Part shown: piece after piece, positions 34,701-45,264 of the stretch
How positions within the stretch are numbered: position 1 is the stretch's first letter
How the letters are laid out: each line of letters begins with the position of its first letter
Source of the DNA: Phoronis australis
Lineage: Eukaryota; Animalia; Phoronida
DNA length: 51,712 nucleotides
Direction: 5' to 3'
Assembly (NCBI GenBank): GCA_002633005.1
Contig: NMRA01001127.1
Coordinates: forward strand, 1-51,712
Program-made: the position numbers and the translations under genes
The notes under the pieces: generated by a model
Told to the model about the DNA's origin: nothing
Seen by the model: the letters and a program-made list of their open reading frames with translations, nothing else
Databases searched by the model: none

Positions 34701-37700
34701 AAGATAAAACTTCAATTCGTCTCAAGTCCGTTTCAAGAAAAAGATGTTAAGTTGGACTCAAGTTTTTGACTTAAGTTTGTCTTAATTTTGACTAGATTAT
34801 TGGATGTGGAAGTTTGAGAGGTTGGAAGTTGAGACAAATCTTAGACTTCAGTAAAAAATGAACTGAAGTTGGTTTACTGGAACAGGCCTATAGAATTGGT
34901 CTCGCATATTTCCTTAATAATTCAAATTAGAGGTGAAGTTATGGCTTAGAAAGAACGGACATTACGTAATTGCTTAAAGATGCATAGTCTCATTAAATTG
35001 TGAATATGCAAATGAAGTACCAACAACTTCGGGTCCTCCATTGTTCTGGAAATCATCCGAGTAACAATCCTGCGAAAGACTCGTTTTACAGAACTATTTT
35101 TATGTAAATGAGTATGGTAATATTTCATCGTTACCTTAATGAAAGAAGACACAGTTTTTATTATTTACTTATTTCACAATTAAATAACAACTGCGTAACA
35201 TTTGGAATTACTTGGGCTTTTATATATTCACATTTTTTTAAGTGTATCAGTTGAAGTGAATTCTTTAACACCGCAATTTATGTACAAATTGTTTCTTTTC
35301 CTGTTTATACTTTTACACACAATTCTCCAGGAAGTCACAAGGTAGCACTTGCAACAAATTTAAATATTCAAGGTTTTAATGAGACATAGCGTCTTTAAGA
35401 CCAGGCTCCAAAAGCTGGATCGCCATGGCGTGTTACTTTTCATGCCGAGCGTGATCTCAGTGAATAACAAACTGTCAGTAATTTGCAAACCCAGATATCA
35501 TTTCTCATTCAAGTAACGAGCAAGTGAAGAACAATTTTACACCAGCAATATTTTCCTTGATTCAAACATTATATGTCTGTCCAGTGTCTGTTGGCGTACC
35601 TTGCGTGGGATCTGTTTATCAGCGTAATCGTATTGAGCTATTCCCTTCCAACTGAGACCTAGCCACCAGGGGGTGCCAGATGCATCCTAGAAAAGGCCAA
35701 AACACTTAGAAAGCAGTTAAAACTTAATAGCGACTAGCACGAGTAAGACTCCTATTGGTCACAACATAAACTTTGAGAGCTTTTAATCTACGCAAATCTA
35801 CATACAGTATATCAGTGAGCAACTACAGTATATGCAAAAATAATATGACAAAATGACCCGGACTTCCCCCTTATGATGGGCGAGCTCAAGTGGAATTCCC
35901 TCACGACGGCTCAGCTGAGCTAGAATTACCAGTTGTGATGTATTTTGTTAGTTTACTTTCCGCATTTACTGCACGTTACGGTGCCGGCAACCTGACAGAA
36001 AAATCGTAGGAAAAAGTACAAAAAGATAATTATATTCTTGGTATGATAATTTGTAGTTAGAATCTGTCCAGTAAATAGATTTTAGACTACACTTTACAGG
36101 ATTTAATTCTAGTTTCAGTTGAATTGTCGGACTAGTTTTGGTTTCATAGCGATTACATTTTTATGAAACAAGACACTAGTAAAAAACCATTACTGGTTGC
36201 TCCAATTAATGAGAGGTGGTCAAGTTATAGGAAAATTACAAGTATAATTGTGTAGGGATATGGGACGAAATAGAGTTACGATTAAGGTGATTAACTTTAA
36301 AGTGACATGATGCATATTTCTTGAAAAGAAAAGATTTAAAGTATAAACACAACACAAGGACACAGTGTGGCTCAGTGGTTGGAGCTACAGACTCCTGCTT
36401 GGGCAGACTTGGCTTCAAATCCTGGCTCCACTGGCTGACATTCCAGCATTGCACTAATTAAGGAGTCTCCTATTCCTATGAGCTCAGTCTTACTTGTAAA
36501 TGAGTGCAAGAGGGTGAATGAGAACCTGGATATAATGCGAAAGCGATCTGGGGCGGCGCTCATATTTTTTTTAAACGACACAAAATGTGATGTATACTTG
36601 AACGGGTCATAAAAACCTCACAGGATACCTTTCCGGGACAGACTTACCTTAACCTCGTAATAATGTATTCCATAAGTGGGCAGTCGTTCTACTATTGTCA
36701 TATAACTGAAAATAAGAGATACAAATCAATAGTAGGCATTTTTGGAACAAAATATATTGTTTTGTCTGATTTTCACAAATTAAGTTGACATTAAAAATAT
36801 CAGGAAGTTAAAGCTAAATTTTGCTGTCAATGTTGAATTTTTTAACTAAAGTATTACCTTGCTCATCCATTGTTGCCAAATGAGCCGGCAAATCAGGTCA
36901 CAGACAATACATATACGGACCAATACATATACGGACCAATACATATACGGACCAGTTTCAATTCTGAAATTTTAGGGTAGGCTAATACAAATTAACTTTG
37001 GGAGCATTTTTTGAGTCAGTGACGGTTTCGATGTTCTTGATGGCAAAAGCAACAGAACCTATCATGATAAGGAATACTGCGAGACCGAGATTTTGAAAGT
37101 GAAAAGCCTAACGGAACCTGAACTTTAACCACTCAGCCACCCTTACCACGGACAATCTTTAGTGCAAGTGACCAAGGTTTGGGCCCCAGTTTCTAAGAGT
37201 CATTACTGTGCACATATCACAAAATGACAACACACTGCAGAACGGCGTCGAGATAATCGCTGGCCCTAAGGCTTCCAAAACCAACCATGATACACATCTA
37301 GGATTTAAATAATTTTGAAGTTGGTAATTTTAAGTTAATAGAAGAAAATAAGAATCACGGATACCATAACATACAAGAGCAACGCAGAGCGTTGAAATGC
37401 GCCCACAATTGCACCGTATACGTATAAAATTGCCACTAGGGGGCACACTGGTAGGCGGATCCGTCCAAAAGTCATCATCGTCTGTTGTCAACATCATATA
37501 AATACACATATTAAATTTCGTAAAGATCCTGCAAACGGTTAATAGGAGATACAGCCATAGGCGCAAAAAAAAAAATGCCACTAGGAGGCGCCACAGTAGT
37601 CCAAATCGTCTGAAAATCATTGCCAGCTGTCCTCTTTATAGTAAGCACATACATGCCAATTTTCACAATCATCCTTTCAGCGGTTTGGTTGATAGAGGGG

Positions 37701-40700
37701 TGGACGCAAAAATACAGACTCAAAAACAGTAGAAATGGCCACTAGGTGGCGCAAACTACGTTGAATCCATCCGAAAACGGGTGGATAGCGTCATCTCACT
37801 AATAGGTGCCTACATATTAAATTTCATGAATATTCCGTTAGGACATTTGAAGATACAAAGGTAAGCGTAAAAAATTAAAATTGCAACTAGGGGGCACACT
37901 GGTAGTCGGATCCATCAAAAAGTCGTCATCTTCCGTTGTTAACATCACATAAATATACTTACACAATTTTGTAAAGATCCTGCGAACGGTTTAGGAGATA
38001 CAACCATAGGCGTAAAAAAAAAACTGCCACTAGGAGGCGCCACAGTAGTCAAAATCGTCGGAAAATCATCGTCAACCGTCCTCTACATAGTAAGCATATA
38101 CATGCCAATTTTCTCAATCATCCTTTGAGCGGTTTGGTTGATAGAGGGGTGGACGCACAAAAACAGACTCGGAAACACTAAAAATGGCCACTATGTGGCG
38201 CAAACTATGTCGAATCCATCTGAAAACGGGAGGATAGCGTCATCTCACTAATAGGTGCCTACATACCAAATTTCATGAAAATCCGTTCAGGACTTTTGAA
38301 GATACAAAGGCAAGCGTAAAAAACTAAAATTGCCATTACGGGGCACGCCGGTAGTCGGATCCGTCCCAAAGTTTGCACATGCCGTCCCATTCATGAATGG
38401 AACATATGTGCCAAATTTCATGAACGTATGTCAAAGGGTTTGGGAGATAAAGCAACGGACGCTGGACGAACGCCACCCGTACGGACGGACGGACGGACGG
38501 AGATGACGGCATAATGCGTCCACATATAAATATGTGGGCGCATAAAAATCAAATCTTGCAGGCAGGGGCCTCTTTGAACCAGTTAATACACTGCTCTATT
38601 TGTGCGTGGTAAGGACATCCCGTGTGTGGTAGTAGCTCAGTTTAACCGTGGTAACCGTTTCATGGAGAGTGGTAAGGGTTTTGTTTCCTGGTAAGAGTAA
38701 CGCAGCCAGACTTTGTTTCTCTCTCTGTAGTCATGTTCAACGAGGGCATATAGTGCACTTATGCTGTGTTGTTTTGTACTGATTAGTTTTAGTTGGACAA
38801 AAAAAACTTACTTAACAACCGACAATCCCCTCGTTTGACCAACAAGTTTCTTGTAATGCATTAGAACCTGTTCCTCACTGAAAGCAAACAAAGACTGGAT
38901 TAACATGGCAATTTTGTCAAAATCGAGAACAGTTGATAGAAACAAGCGTAGCACAGACAGTTTGATTATCAAGCTATTTGAGACCAATTTCACAACATTA
39001 AACGGTCCAAGTCAAAAGCTGCATTTTGTTAGAGATGTCAGGTAAACAGTAACCTTTACACTAGCGTACTCACGAAACTGAATGGTAGAGATGAGAGACC
39101 TACATACCAGAATGGTAGAGATGTGTGACCTACATACCAGAATATTAAAGACATGGGATCTCAAGACACTTACCAGAATGGTAGAGATGGATGTTCTTTA
39201 AGGGTACTAGTGGGTAACACTGGTAACTTCTTTAAATGTTTTTTGGCAGTCACGTCACTGTAATATAATTGTATAATCAGTCAACGATAACACACCAATA
39301 TCAATTAAAGGGTGCAGTTTACGTTTTGTTGATATAAGGTTATTTGCTGTAATGTTACCATGGTTACATTTCACTAAGGAATCTTCTAACAAAACAGTCA
39401 AACTGCATTATTGATTAACCTAATAACTTCGTATGTGTAAGCAGCTAACAAGTTTACAGCAATCAATAAATAATGGTCCAGACAGTCATTAGCTGGTCAA
39501 TATTGACCACACAAGTTCAATTTTACCAGTTCATACTGGTCAAGCGCTTGCACACATAACTTTCTCCAGCTCACACCTGAACGTGACATCTGATGACATC
39601 AGACAACATCAACATCAAACCCATCAAGACAAAAAAGTTCTCACCAAAACAGGATCTGTTTTAACATTAAGCTGGAATTCAGCAAGGGGCTGTCCACCTC
39701 TGCACCTTTCTGAATCCGCTTTTGACTCGTGAATGCTCTTGGTAAGAGAGTTAGTAATGGATTTTCACTAAAATGAAGGTCCTGTCACACCACCATAGTT
39801 CTCATGTTTTGGCATCTTGTTGCCAACACAAACCATTTAGTTGGTATTACTCACTCAGTGTAGTCTCCATGAGATGCCTGAAGTGCATGGGCTGCCAGCT
39901 CAAAGGCAGTATCAGCGTCACATTCTATATCACCCTGGAACAGCAACAGTATCAGTATCAATATCAGTGTCTGTATCAATATCACACTAAACATCACCTT
40001 ACAACAGCAACAGTCTCAGTCTAAAAAATATACAGGCTACTTCCTTCGTCAAAAATCTGAACGTAAAGCGATTTACCTTGAATACATTTTGCCTTGCTTG
40101 TAAAAAGAACAGCTCAATGGTGGCATTTTCCCGCAGGTAACCAATACTTTCGACCACCAACCTGAAACAAAGACATGGCACTGATCACAATTATTCACTC
40201 TTTTTGCTCTTTCCATATTCATTCTAAAGGCATTTGAATATAAATAAATCTTAATGTGAAGTCTAATGTCGCTTTCAATAGCCAAATATAGATATGCATT
40301 TTCAAAGTGGTAATTACGGTGCCTTATATAGCAGAGCTGCTCATTAGCTAAATACAGACATCAACAGATAACAGGATGTAATGACTATCTCATGATTGCA
40401 ATCAGTAAAACCAAAGATGAATAACGTAACACTGAGACTTACAGTTATGACTTAATGACCTATTGAGAAAACAGTCCAAGCGGAGACCTCCAACAATGCC
40501 TGTGAGCTCCCCCCATGACATGATAACACAAGACGACGTAATAATCACGGTATTCACAAATCAGCCGAGAAGTTATTCAGTGCCATCACACACACTGCCG
40601 AGACCATCATATCAGGTACAGGCCTGATGTAATAAAACGGCTCGTCTTCCGTTCAAAACATCTGTTAAGCGGGATGAATCCCAAAATCAACCACACCATT

Positions 40701-43193
40701 GGCAATGTCCAATCACCCTTAAAGCAGCTATGAACCTGCCTTACATCAAAAATCAAAAATCAAAACTGGCCACAACTCGATACTCTCTCAAACTGAATAT
40801 AAATCTATAGGCTTGGAAAGAACTGGCAACTCATTAACTGCCAGGCTCAACATGTAGGCTCACCTCTATCATCACTCAGTGCCATGATCATGGGCAAAGG
40901 TATTAACTACATAACAGTTCTTGACAAGCCTTGAAACACTCAATAAGTAAGGGGCAGTTTGACGGAAGAAACTGGGGTAAATGAGAAGTTAGTTTCTTTG
41001 ACGGAACACAGGTGTATACAATCTTTCTTTAATTAAGCTCGCGACTAATTGACAAACAAAATGAACATAATTATTATGTTCAATTATGGGTAATAATAAG
41101 AATAAGATTAGGTGGCACCAGATACAAACTGACCTTAGCATGGACCGCGAGTACAGACAGTATCACAACACGAACATGTTCGCACGTGATCCGAGTTCCC
41201 GCCATCGAAGAGACGAGAGGTCTCCGAGTCAATATTAAGTCAAGCAGACAAGTCTCATACTCAATATACTGTGAAGTTCCTGGATGGCTCAAAACCTACA
41301 TTTTTTTGAAACTATGAACGTTACTTGTCGTGCTTAAAAGCTCTAAGACAGAAACCCATTGAGATTGTTACAGAGGACATTGTACGTGGCTTTAACACAC
41401 GTTCCCGTCACATAGCAAAGACTAAACAAAAATACAGCAGACTCGTTTACCTGACTTGAAAGTACAAGGTAATTGGCACCTGACCCTTGGGAAAATCATG
41501 GTCTAACACCCGCCTCTCTAGAGTAAGCCAGTTCAGATGGTGACTGAAACGAGGACAAATGTGTGCTAACACTTCATCAACATAGGTGGCACTGTGACAA
41601 TATTTATGAACATAGGTGGCGCTGCATGGCAGCAGAGAACTTTCTGGGGGTATCAATTTCATGAATTTTCAAGACACTTGGCATTATGGTATTTAGTATT
41701 CCACAAATCAATGTTATGGGATTTCCATAAACAAATCAAACAGCTTGAACAAAATTCCAAAGATTGGTTTAATCTGTTTCGGATAATAAAGTCACATTAC
41801 GAAGCATAACACATATTAGCAATTCTGTACCCATGCGCACACATCGGACACTTTGACAATGAATACACATCTTTCTTCAGATTGTAATAAACACTTAGAC
41901 AGGTTTCTTAACTCTTTCATACTGTTTATTTTCATATTTACAAAAAGTAGCATTGTCCAAGTCGCTTATGTAACGATCTTCGTCAAAAATGCTTACCTCC
42001 AATCAGAACTAAAGTCAACAGCATTTTCTTTAAAAGAAATTTTTCTATTTGATATCATCTTTGTAATTTACTTGTTAATACACAAATACAAACAAAGGTT
42101 CGACTATGGGTATTCGAATATATTTCTCCAAAAAAGTTCGTTCCACTAGGTTATTTCTGATAATACATACGTATCGTCACGGAAACACAGTCCAAAATAA
42201 TCCTTTTCTTTCAAGTTGAAGTGAGAGGCCACTATATCAAGCAGATCCCTGGCAGACAATTTCGGCTGAAAACAAACAAATGACACTAAGACTTGAAATC
42301 TTAAGTTTTGAGGTGCAGCTGTTCTTGTTCACACACACAACCCTTCACAGAGGTCAGACTTTGCCCGACTCAGATAAAATGTCTTGGTAAGACTGGATCC
42401 TAATGCCTACATATACCAAGTTCTCTGTATTTTTACAAAACATGGTTGTGCAGTGGAGTCATAACTGTCTGGCTGGCTAATAGGCACAGAAATTGGAATC
42501 TAAAGTGCAAGAAAAGTTGAATACTAAAAACACTTGTGAACATTGCTTTTAACAGGAAATTAAACAGAGAACGATCAGAAACCCAGACTGAGCATCTAAG
42601 GAAGTAAAATCTTAATTAGCTGCAGTCAAGTTTGCGTATCAACTTCAAGCGCAAAAATGTACATGATCAATAAATACCAAATGTTTACAACTTTCAACAT
42701 AAACAATACACTTGAACATGGGAGAGGATTTCCACATCAACTCACAAAACTATATTTACAGAAACAAAGCAGTCTATGATACCAACTACAGCCCAATCAA
42801 TGATAACTTTCAGGGGGTGAAAACGATTCCATGGCAGTGCCTTTAAATTCCAGACCCAGACCAACAAATACAAACCCCCCATTGATATTCCATACCCACA
42901 TCCGAAACTCCACATCGAAAATACTCCATAACCAGGAAACAAACTCAGGTACCAGACAACGGAATCAATTTTTTGGTCCGCTTGTGAAGTTTAGGACATA
43001 GGGATGGAATCTCAGGGTTGATGTTTATTGGTTTCGGGATCCTAGCTGGAATTACAGGTGTAACCAAGGAATCGTTTCAACTCCCTGATAATAACACATC
43101 ACATATTTGGTGCTAACAATAGACTACCTGTATAAGAATGTCCAGCCTCCTGTCATCCAATAGGATCACCTGACACTTCCTCCCCTCACTCAT
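10648..43193 (-). CDS. FRMD4A: FERM domain-containing protein 4 (FRMD4A/B orthologue), partial, 15 coding exons: FERM N/M/C plus start of CUPID/DUF3338
   Basis: Spliced translation MSEGRKCQVILLDDRRLDILIQPKLSARDLLDIVASHFNLKEKDYFG...LNWLTLERRVLDHDFPK...ENATIELFFLQA...LKEHPSLPFCEEQV...PTYGIHYYEVK...PWWLGLSWKGI...WRQLENLYFRDRKFSIE...SRRTFG...QHQFYLDRKQS...LCLKEAEVTGELP...VRRRIGTAFSLD is collinear with recalled human FRMD4A. All visible junctions are GT-AG with matching phases. Confidence 0.96.
11323..11459 (-). CDS. FRMD4A: FRMD4 exon 14 (LSIEEIERQRNAQKEMFNALKARKVALEEQLKKKTKLLLELCLKEA), coiled coil/CUPID
   Basis: ttacag|TG TCA...GCA|gtaagt, 137 nt, phase 1-0. Confidence 0.93.
12205..12334 (-). 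CDS. FRMD4A: FRMD4 exon 13, 5' end obscured by n at 12335 (EIAADISHSTLSLTGSVGQDNDLQRADSSPSLAPLNDSSSKTQ)
   Basis: Open frame matching the SEIAIDL linker; donor CAG T|gtaagt is phase 1 and completes TTG with the next exon. Confidence 0.85.
12336..12600. repeat. Compound minisatellite (47-bp unit interleaved with a ~60-bp unit sharing tggagtgtttacacag)
   Basis: tggagtgtttacacagcctaccctagaacaacttaacccactttaag x3, plus two acacacatgtccgataactcatgtaaggcgg units. Confidence 0.85.
12486..14903. repeat. Near-identical 1.2-kb tandem duplication (12486-13693 / 13695-14903), probable haplotig artefact
   Basis: Copies are separated exactly by a single n and differ by scattered SNPs and small indels; track ORFs are duplicated. 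Confidence 0.85.
14941..15019. repeat. 27-bp tandem repeat x3
   Basis: Unit caaccacaatagtccagtcccaacctc. Confidence 0.92.
17650..18060 (-). mobile_element. Penelope-like GIY-YIG endonuclease 3' fragment
   Basis: HLQNGAIQEHFLQCHKHKITCQEIVENTSI...LKVLESVLIAFQKPVFNEQ...LHLF matches the PLE endonuclease C-terminal pattern (H..H, LE.L.I, P..N.Q). Confidence 0.7.
17889..19383. repeat. Near-identical 0.75-kb tandem duplication (17889-18638 / 18640-19383), probable haplotig artefact
   Basis: Copies are joined at the single n at 18639. Confidence 0.85.
23852..23934. repeat. 39-bp purine-rich tandem repeat x2
   Basis: Unit agggaggcaggagggggtggtgagggacagtgagagggc. Confidence 0.9.
24263..24404 (-). 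CDS. FRMD4A: FRMD4 exon 12 (VSVSRRTFGPSNVSVFAWLAVTPQLTKCIWSMAVCQHQFYLDRKQSR)
   Basis: tttcag|G GTC...AGG|gtaagt, 142 nt, phase 2-0. Confidence 0.95.
25242..25381. repeat. 70-bp tandem repeat x2
   Basis: gacggacgagcc(g/a)tgct(t/g)tacagtacgacagtgctggctgggtcagtctgggtcaactaggcataaccaa at 25242 and 25312. Confidence 0.92.
29273..29380. mobile_element. ~105-bp palindromic MITE (other copies at 49437-49545 and 44422-44684)
   Basis: TIR arms ggtcggatataacatg...ttgagaaccagtt / aactggttctcaaa...catgttatatccaact. Confidence 0.7.
30726..31103 (+). mobile_element. tRNA-derived SINE
   Basis: A-box-like cctagtgg, B-box ggttcgagtcc, ~375-bp body, aaacaacaa tail. Confidence 0.65.
32638..32742 (-). CDS. FRMD4A: FRMD4 exon 11, probable cassette exon (IVQSLSSFNLYEDAIQEPLDEFDDLSDAISDPSTQ)
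   Basis: gtgcag|T ATC...ACA CA|gtaagt, 105 nt, phase 2-2, stop-free, GC-richer than its flanks; fits between HDPKR and VSVSRRTFG. Confidence 0.8.
34232..34308 (-). CDS. FRMD4A: FRMD4 exon 10 (VFPWRQLENLYFRDRKFSIEYHDPKR)
   Basis: ttttag|GTG...AAA CG|gtgagt, 77 nt, phase 0-2. Confidence 0.95.
34643..34888. mobile_element. Putative MITE
   Basis: Imperfect TIRs gccttggttccaagaaaac / gtttactggaacaggcc; internal agacaaatctta repeats in both orientations. Confidence 0.5.
35600..35686 (-). CDS. FRMD4A: FRMD4 exon 9 (DASGTPWWLGLSWKGIAQYDYADKQIPRK)
   Basis: ttctag|GAT...AAG|gtacgc, 87 nt, phase 0-0. Confidence 0.95.
36362..36510 (+). mobile_element. Degenerate tRNA-headed SINE, MIR/CORE-like
   Basis: tgtggctcagtgg (A box), ggcttcaaatcctggctcc (B box), then gagctcagtcttacttgtaaatgag resembling the CORE domain. 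Confidence 0.5.
36648..36705 (-). CDS. FRMD4A: FRMD4 exon 8 (YMTIVERLPTYGIHYYEVK)
   Basis: tttcag|T TAT...AAG|gtaagt, 58 nt, phase 2-0. Confidence 0.95.
37373..38548 (+). mobile_element. Non-autonomous Helentron-type element (HINE / DINE-1 / pearl-like) with internal ~450-bp tandem units
   Basis: 5' acaagag plus short hairpin caacgc-aga-gcgttg; subterminal IR atgcgcccaca (37397) vs tgtgggcgcat (38533); core units at 37427, 37878, 38327; (GGAC)n at ~38481-38500; 3' hairpin atgcgtccacata-taaa-tatgtgggcgcat then an A-run. Confidence 0.85.
38812..38877 (-). CDS. FRMD4A: FRMD4 exon 7 (EEQVLMHYKKLVGQTRGLSVVN)
   Basis: tttcag|T GAG...GTT AA|gtaagt, 66 nt, phase 2-2. Confidence 0.95.
39174..39257 (-). 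CDS. FRMD4A: FRMD4 exon 6 (DVTAKKHLKKLPVLPTSTLKEHPSLPFC)
   Basis: ttacag|T GAC...TTC TG|gtaagt, 84 nt, phase 2-2. Confidence 0.95.
39855..39934 (-). CDS. FRMD4A: FRMD4 exon 5 (GDIECDADTAFELAAHALQASHGDYTD)
   Basis: ttccag|GGT...ACT GA|gtgagt, 80 nt, phase 0-2. Confidence 0.94.
40077..40161 (-). CDS. FRMD4A: FRMD4 exon 4 (LVVESIGYLRENATIELFFLQARQNVFK)
   Basis: tttcag|G TTG...AAG|gtaaat, 85 nt, phase 2-0. Confidence 0.95.
41451..41543 (-). CDS. FRMD4A: FRMD4 exon 3 (HHLNWLTLERRVLDHDFPKGQVPITLYFQVR)
   Basis: tttcag|T CAC...GTC AG|gtaaac, 93 nt, phase 2-2. Confidence 0.95.
42171..42265 (-). CDS. FRMD4A: FRMD4 exon 2 (PKLSARDLLDIVASHFNLKEKDYFGLCFRDDT)
   Basis: tttcag|CCG...GAT AC|gtatgt, 95 nt, phase 0-2. 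Confidence 0.95.
42811..43087. mobile_element. MITE with CAGGG...CCCTG ends
   Basis: TIRs cagggggtgaaaacgattcc / ggaatcgtttcaactccctg. Confidence 0.6.
43128..43193 (-). CDS. FRMD4A: FRMD4 exon 1 in window (MSEGRKCQVILLDDRRLDILIQ)
   Basis: tttcag|ATG...CAG|gtagtc, 66 nt. It is preceded by an acceptor, so a further upstream exon probably exists. Confidence 0.94.
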
Positions 43194-44421
43194 CTGAAAC
43201 GACAAATAAGCACCGACTTAATAATACCATACGCCACCTGTAGGCCAGACTGTTAACAAGTTGCCAAAGGTATATTCAGTTAATGTTTGGTTGTGTTATC
43301 TCTCATTATGTAATGCTTTAAACAAAAGCTTAACACTGGGTAAAGATTTGTTCATGTGACTAATGCAACCCAAAACATCTGGAAAATTAGCACACTGCCA
43401 GGAGCAAAGGGATTATAACTAAGCTAATAAACACTTCAGACCAGAAATAGAAATTATGAAGGGGATAAGAAACATCCATCACGCTGGCTTCAAGTCCCAA
43501 AATGTGGGAAGTCAATTACAATGTCCATCACAACCTCAGAGGCACATACACGAGTCAATACAAAAATGAAGATTCTTTTGATCACCACATTGTTAGTAAA
43601 GATACCTTTTTCCTTTCATTTATTCATGCATTGTGCAGCATGAAAAATTCTTTTGAATCTTTAGTCATGTTTGAAAACCTAGAGTTTTTCTGTTTGAAAA
43701 ACAAACGGTTGAATTTGTACAGGGCAAAGCAGCACGCATTTATTTCTTCTGTTACTGTTAATTTTAGAGAGACATCCTCCGCAATTGAAAATAATGTACA
43801 CATTTCTGTGAATTAGCAGAAAGAGAGATTGGGATGATCCATAGGATTCAAATGCAAATGCCTGATGTAACATTGGACGGTTGTTTGGATTTTGACCTAG
43901 GGAGAGCCCATATATAGAACTTCATGCGTTTCCCTTCAAACTTAAAACATGAACAGTGAGTGTAATACGACAACCAACTGATATTATTAAGAATGTGGCG
44001 GTTGTTTCAAGCAAATTCTTAAAATTTTGTTGGTCTTTTTTAATTCTGGCCCCTCCAAAATAAAATTCTGGCCATCCAAATGACAGACAAGTCAGCCGCA
44101 GTAAAAACAAATGATCATCTGTGAGTGCCGACAACCAACTGACACACATACAGTAAAATTTCACCAACTTCAGACAAAAACAATTGCCAAAAGTGGTGCT
44201 TCTAAGTTCTAATGCTGTTGTGAATATCTACAATTTCTCAGACTAATTGCTTCACGTTAGCTATAGAACTATAGATAATTAAAAATGCATATTTTGGTTC
44301 ACTTATCTAAAAATCATTAAAAAATCAAATTTGATAGGTCATATTGTGTCCTTAATTGGTAAAATTTCACCATAGTGAAACAGTGAACTCATTGACGATG
44401 GTTTGGGTTTACAGCAAAACA

Positions 44422-44684
44422 CGGTAATGGTCGGATATAATAAGCCTGTATTTTGAGAACCAGGGTAGAGTACAGCGATGCTAGGACCTATGCTAGGATT
44501 TCACTAAAATCTAGCCAAAATCATGTTCTTATTTAAAATACACGGCAATATCTCACGTAATTTCGCGAAGTCTAGCTTTTTAGCGAGGACCTAGCATTAC
44601 TGAATAATTCTACCCAGTTTTTTCAAATAACGGGCATCAAACTGGTTTTCAAAAAACCGGGCACATTATGTCCGACTATTGCCG
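44422..44684. mobile_element. MITE containing a nested 151-bp MITE (44464-44614) with CAG target-site duplication
   Basis: Outer TIR cggtaatggtcggatataa / ttatgtccgactattgccg; inner ggtaga...atgctagg / cctagcat...tctacc flanked by cag...cag; empty site gaaccagtttt seen at ~29305 and ~49469. Confidence 0.75.
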
Positions 44685-45264
44685 AAAAGACACCTTACTA
44701 TTGTTTCCCTGAGAAAATATTTCTGGGCTTTGGACTACAATAAAGTAGTTTATTGCTCCAGATATTGGTTGCTACCTGCAAACTCAAATCGCCTGCAATC
44801 TGAGTAACCAGCAAGTAGAGATCAGTTTCATAATGTTAGGCGAACTAAATCATCCGTTATTTTTTTAGAGTACAGATGGTTCATAACTATGTTATCAGTT
44901 CAAACACAACTAATTGGACACCCTCCCAGGACAGGGCATGGATAGTGACTATATATTACAAGATTGGTGGACTTGAATGACATCACTAGGTTTGCACTTC
45001 ATACAAATTAATCAGAATCTAAATATTGATGAGCATATCTGTTGACACAGTTGCTCCAAGACATTAATAACACCTAACAGATGGTAATGATAAAAACAGA
45101 GCCCTCCAACATTCACATTTCTCAGCTTCTCACATTAACACATTATCAAGATAGAACATTATGACTGAATGCAAGTTCTAGGCATCTAGGCTGTACAATA
45201 CAGACTACAGTAAAATCTCACCCAGCGCTTAACTTCGCGACTTCAGATTCTGTTTGGCGACCAG

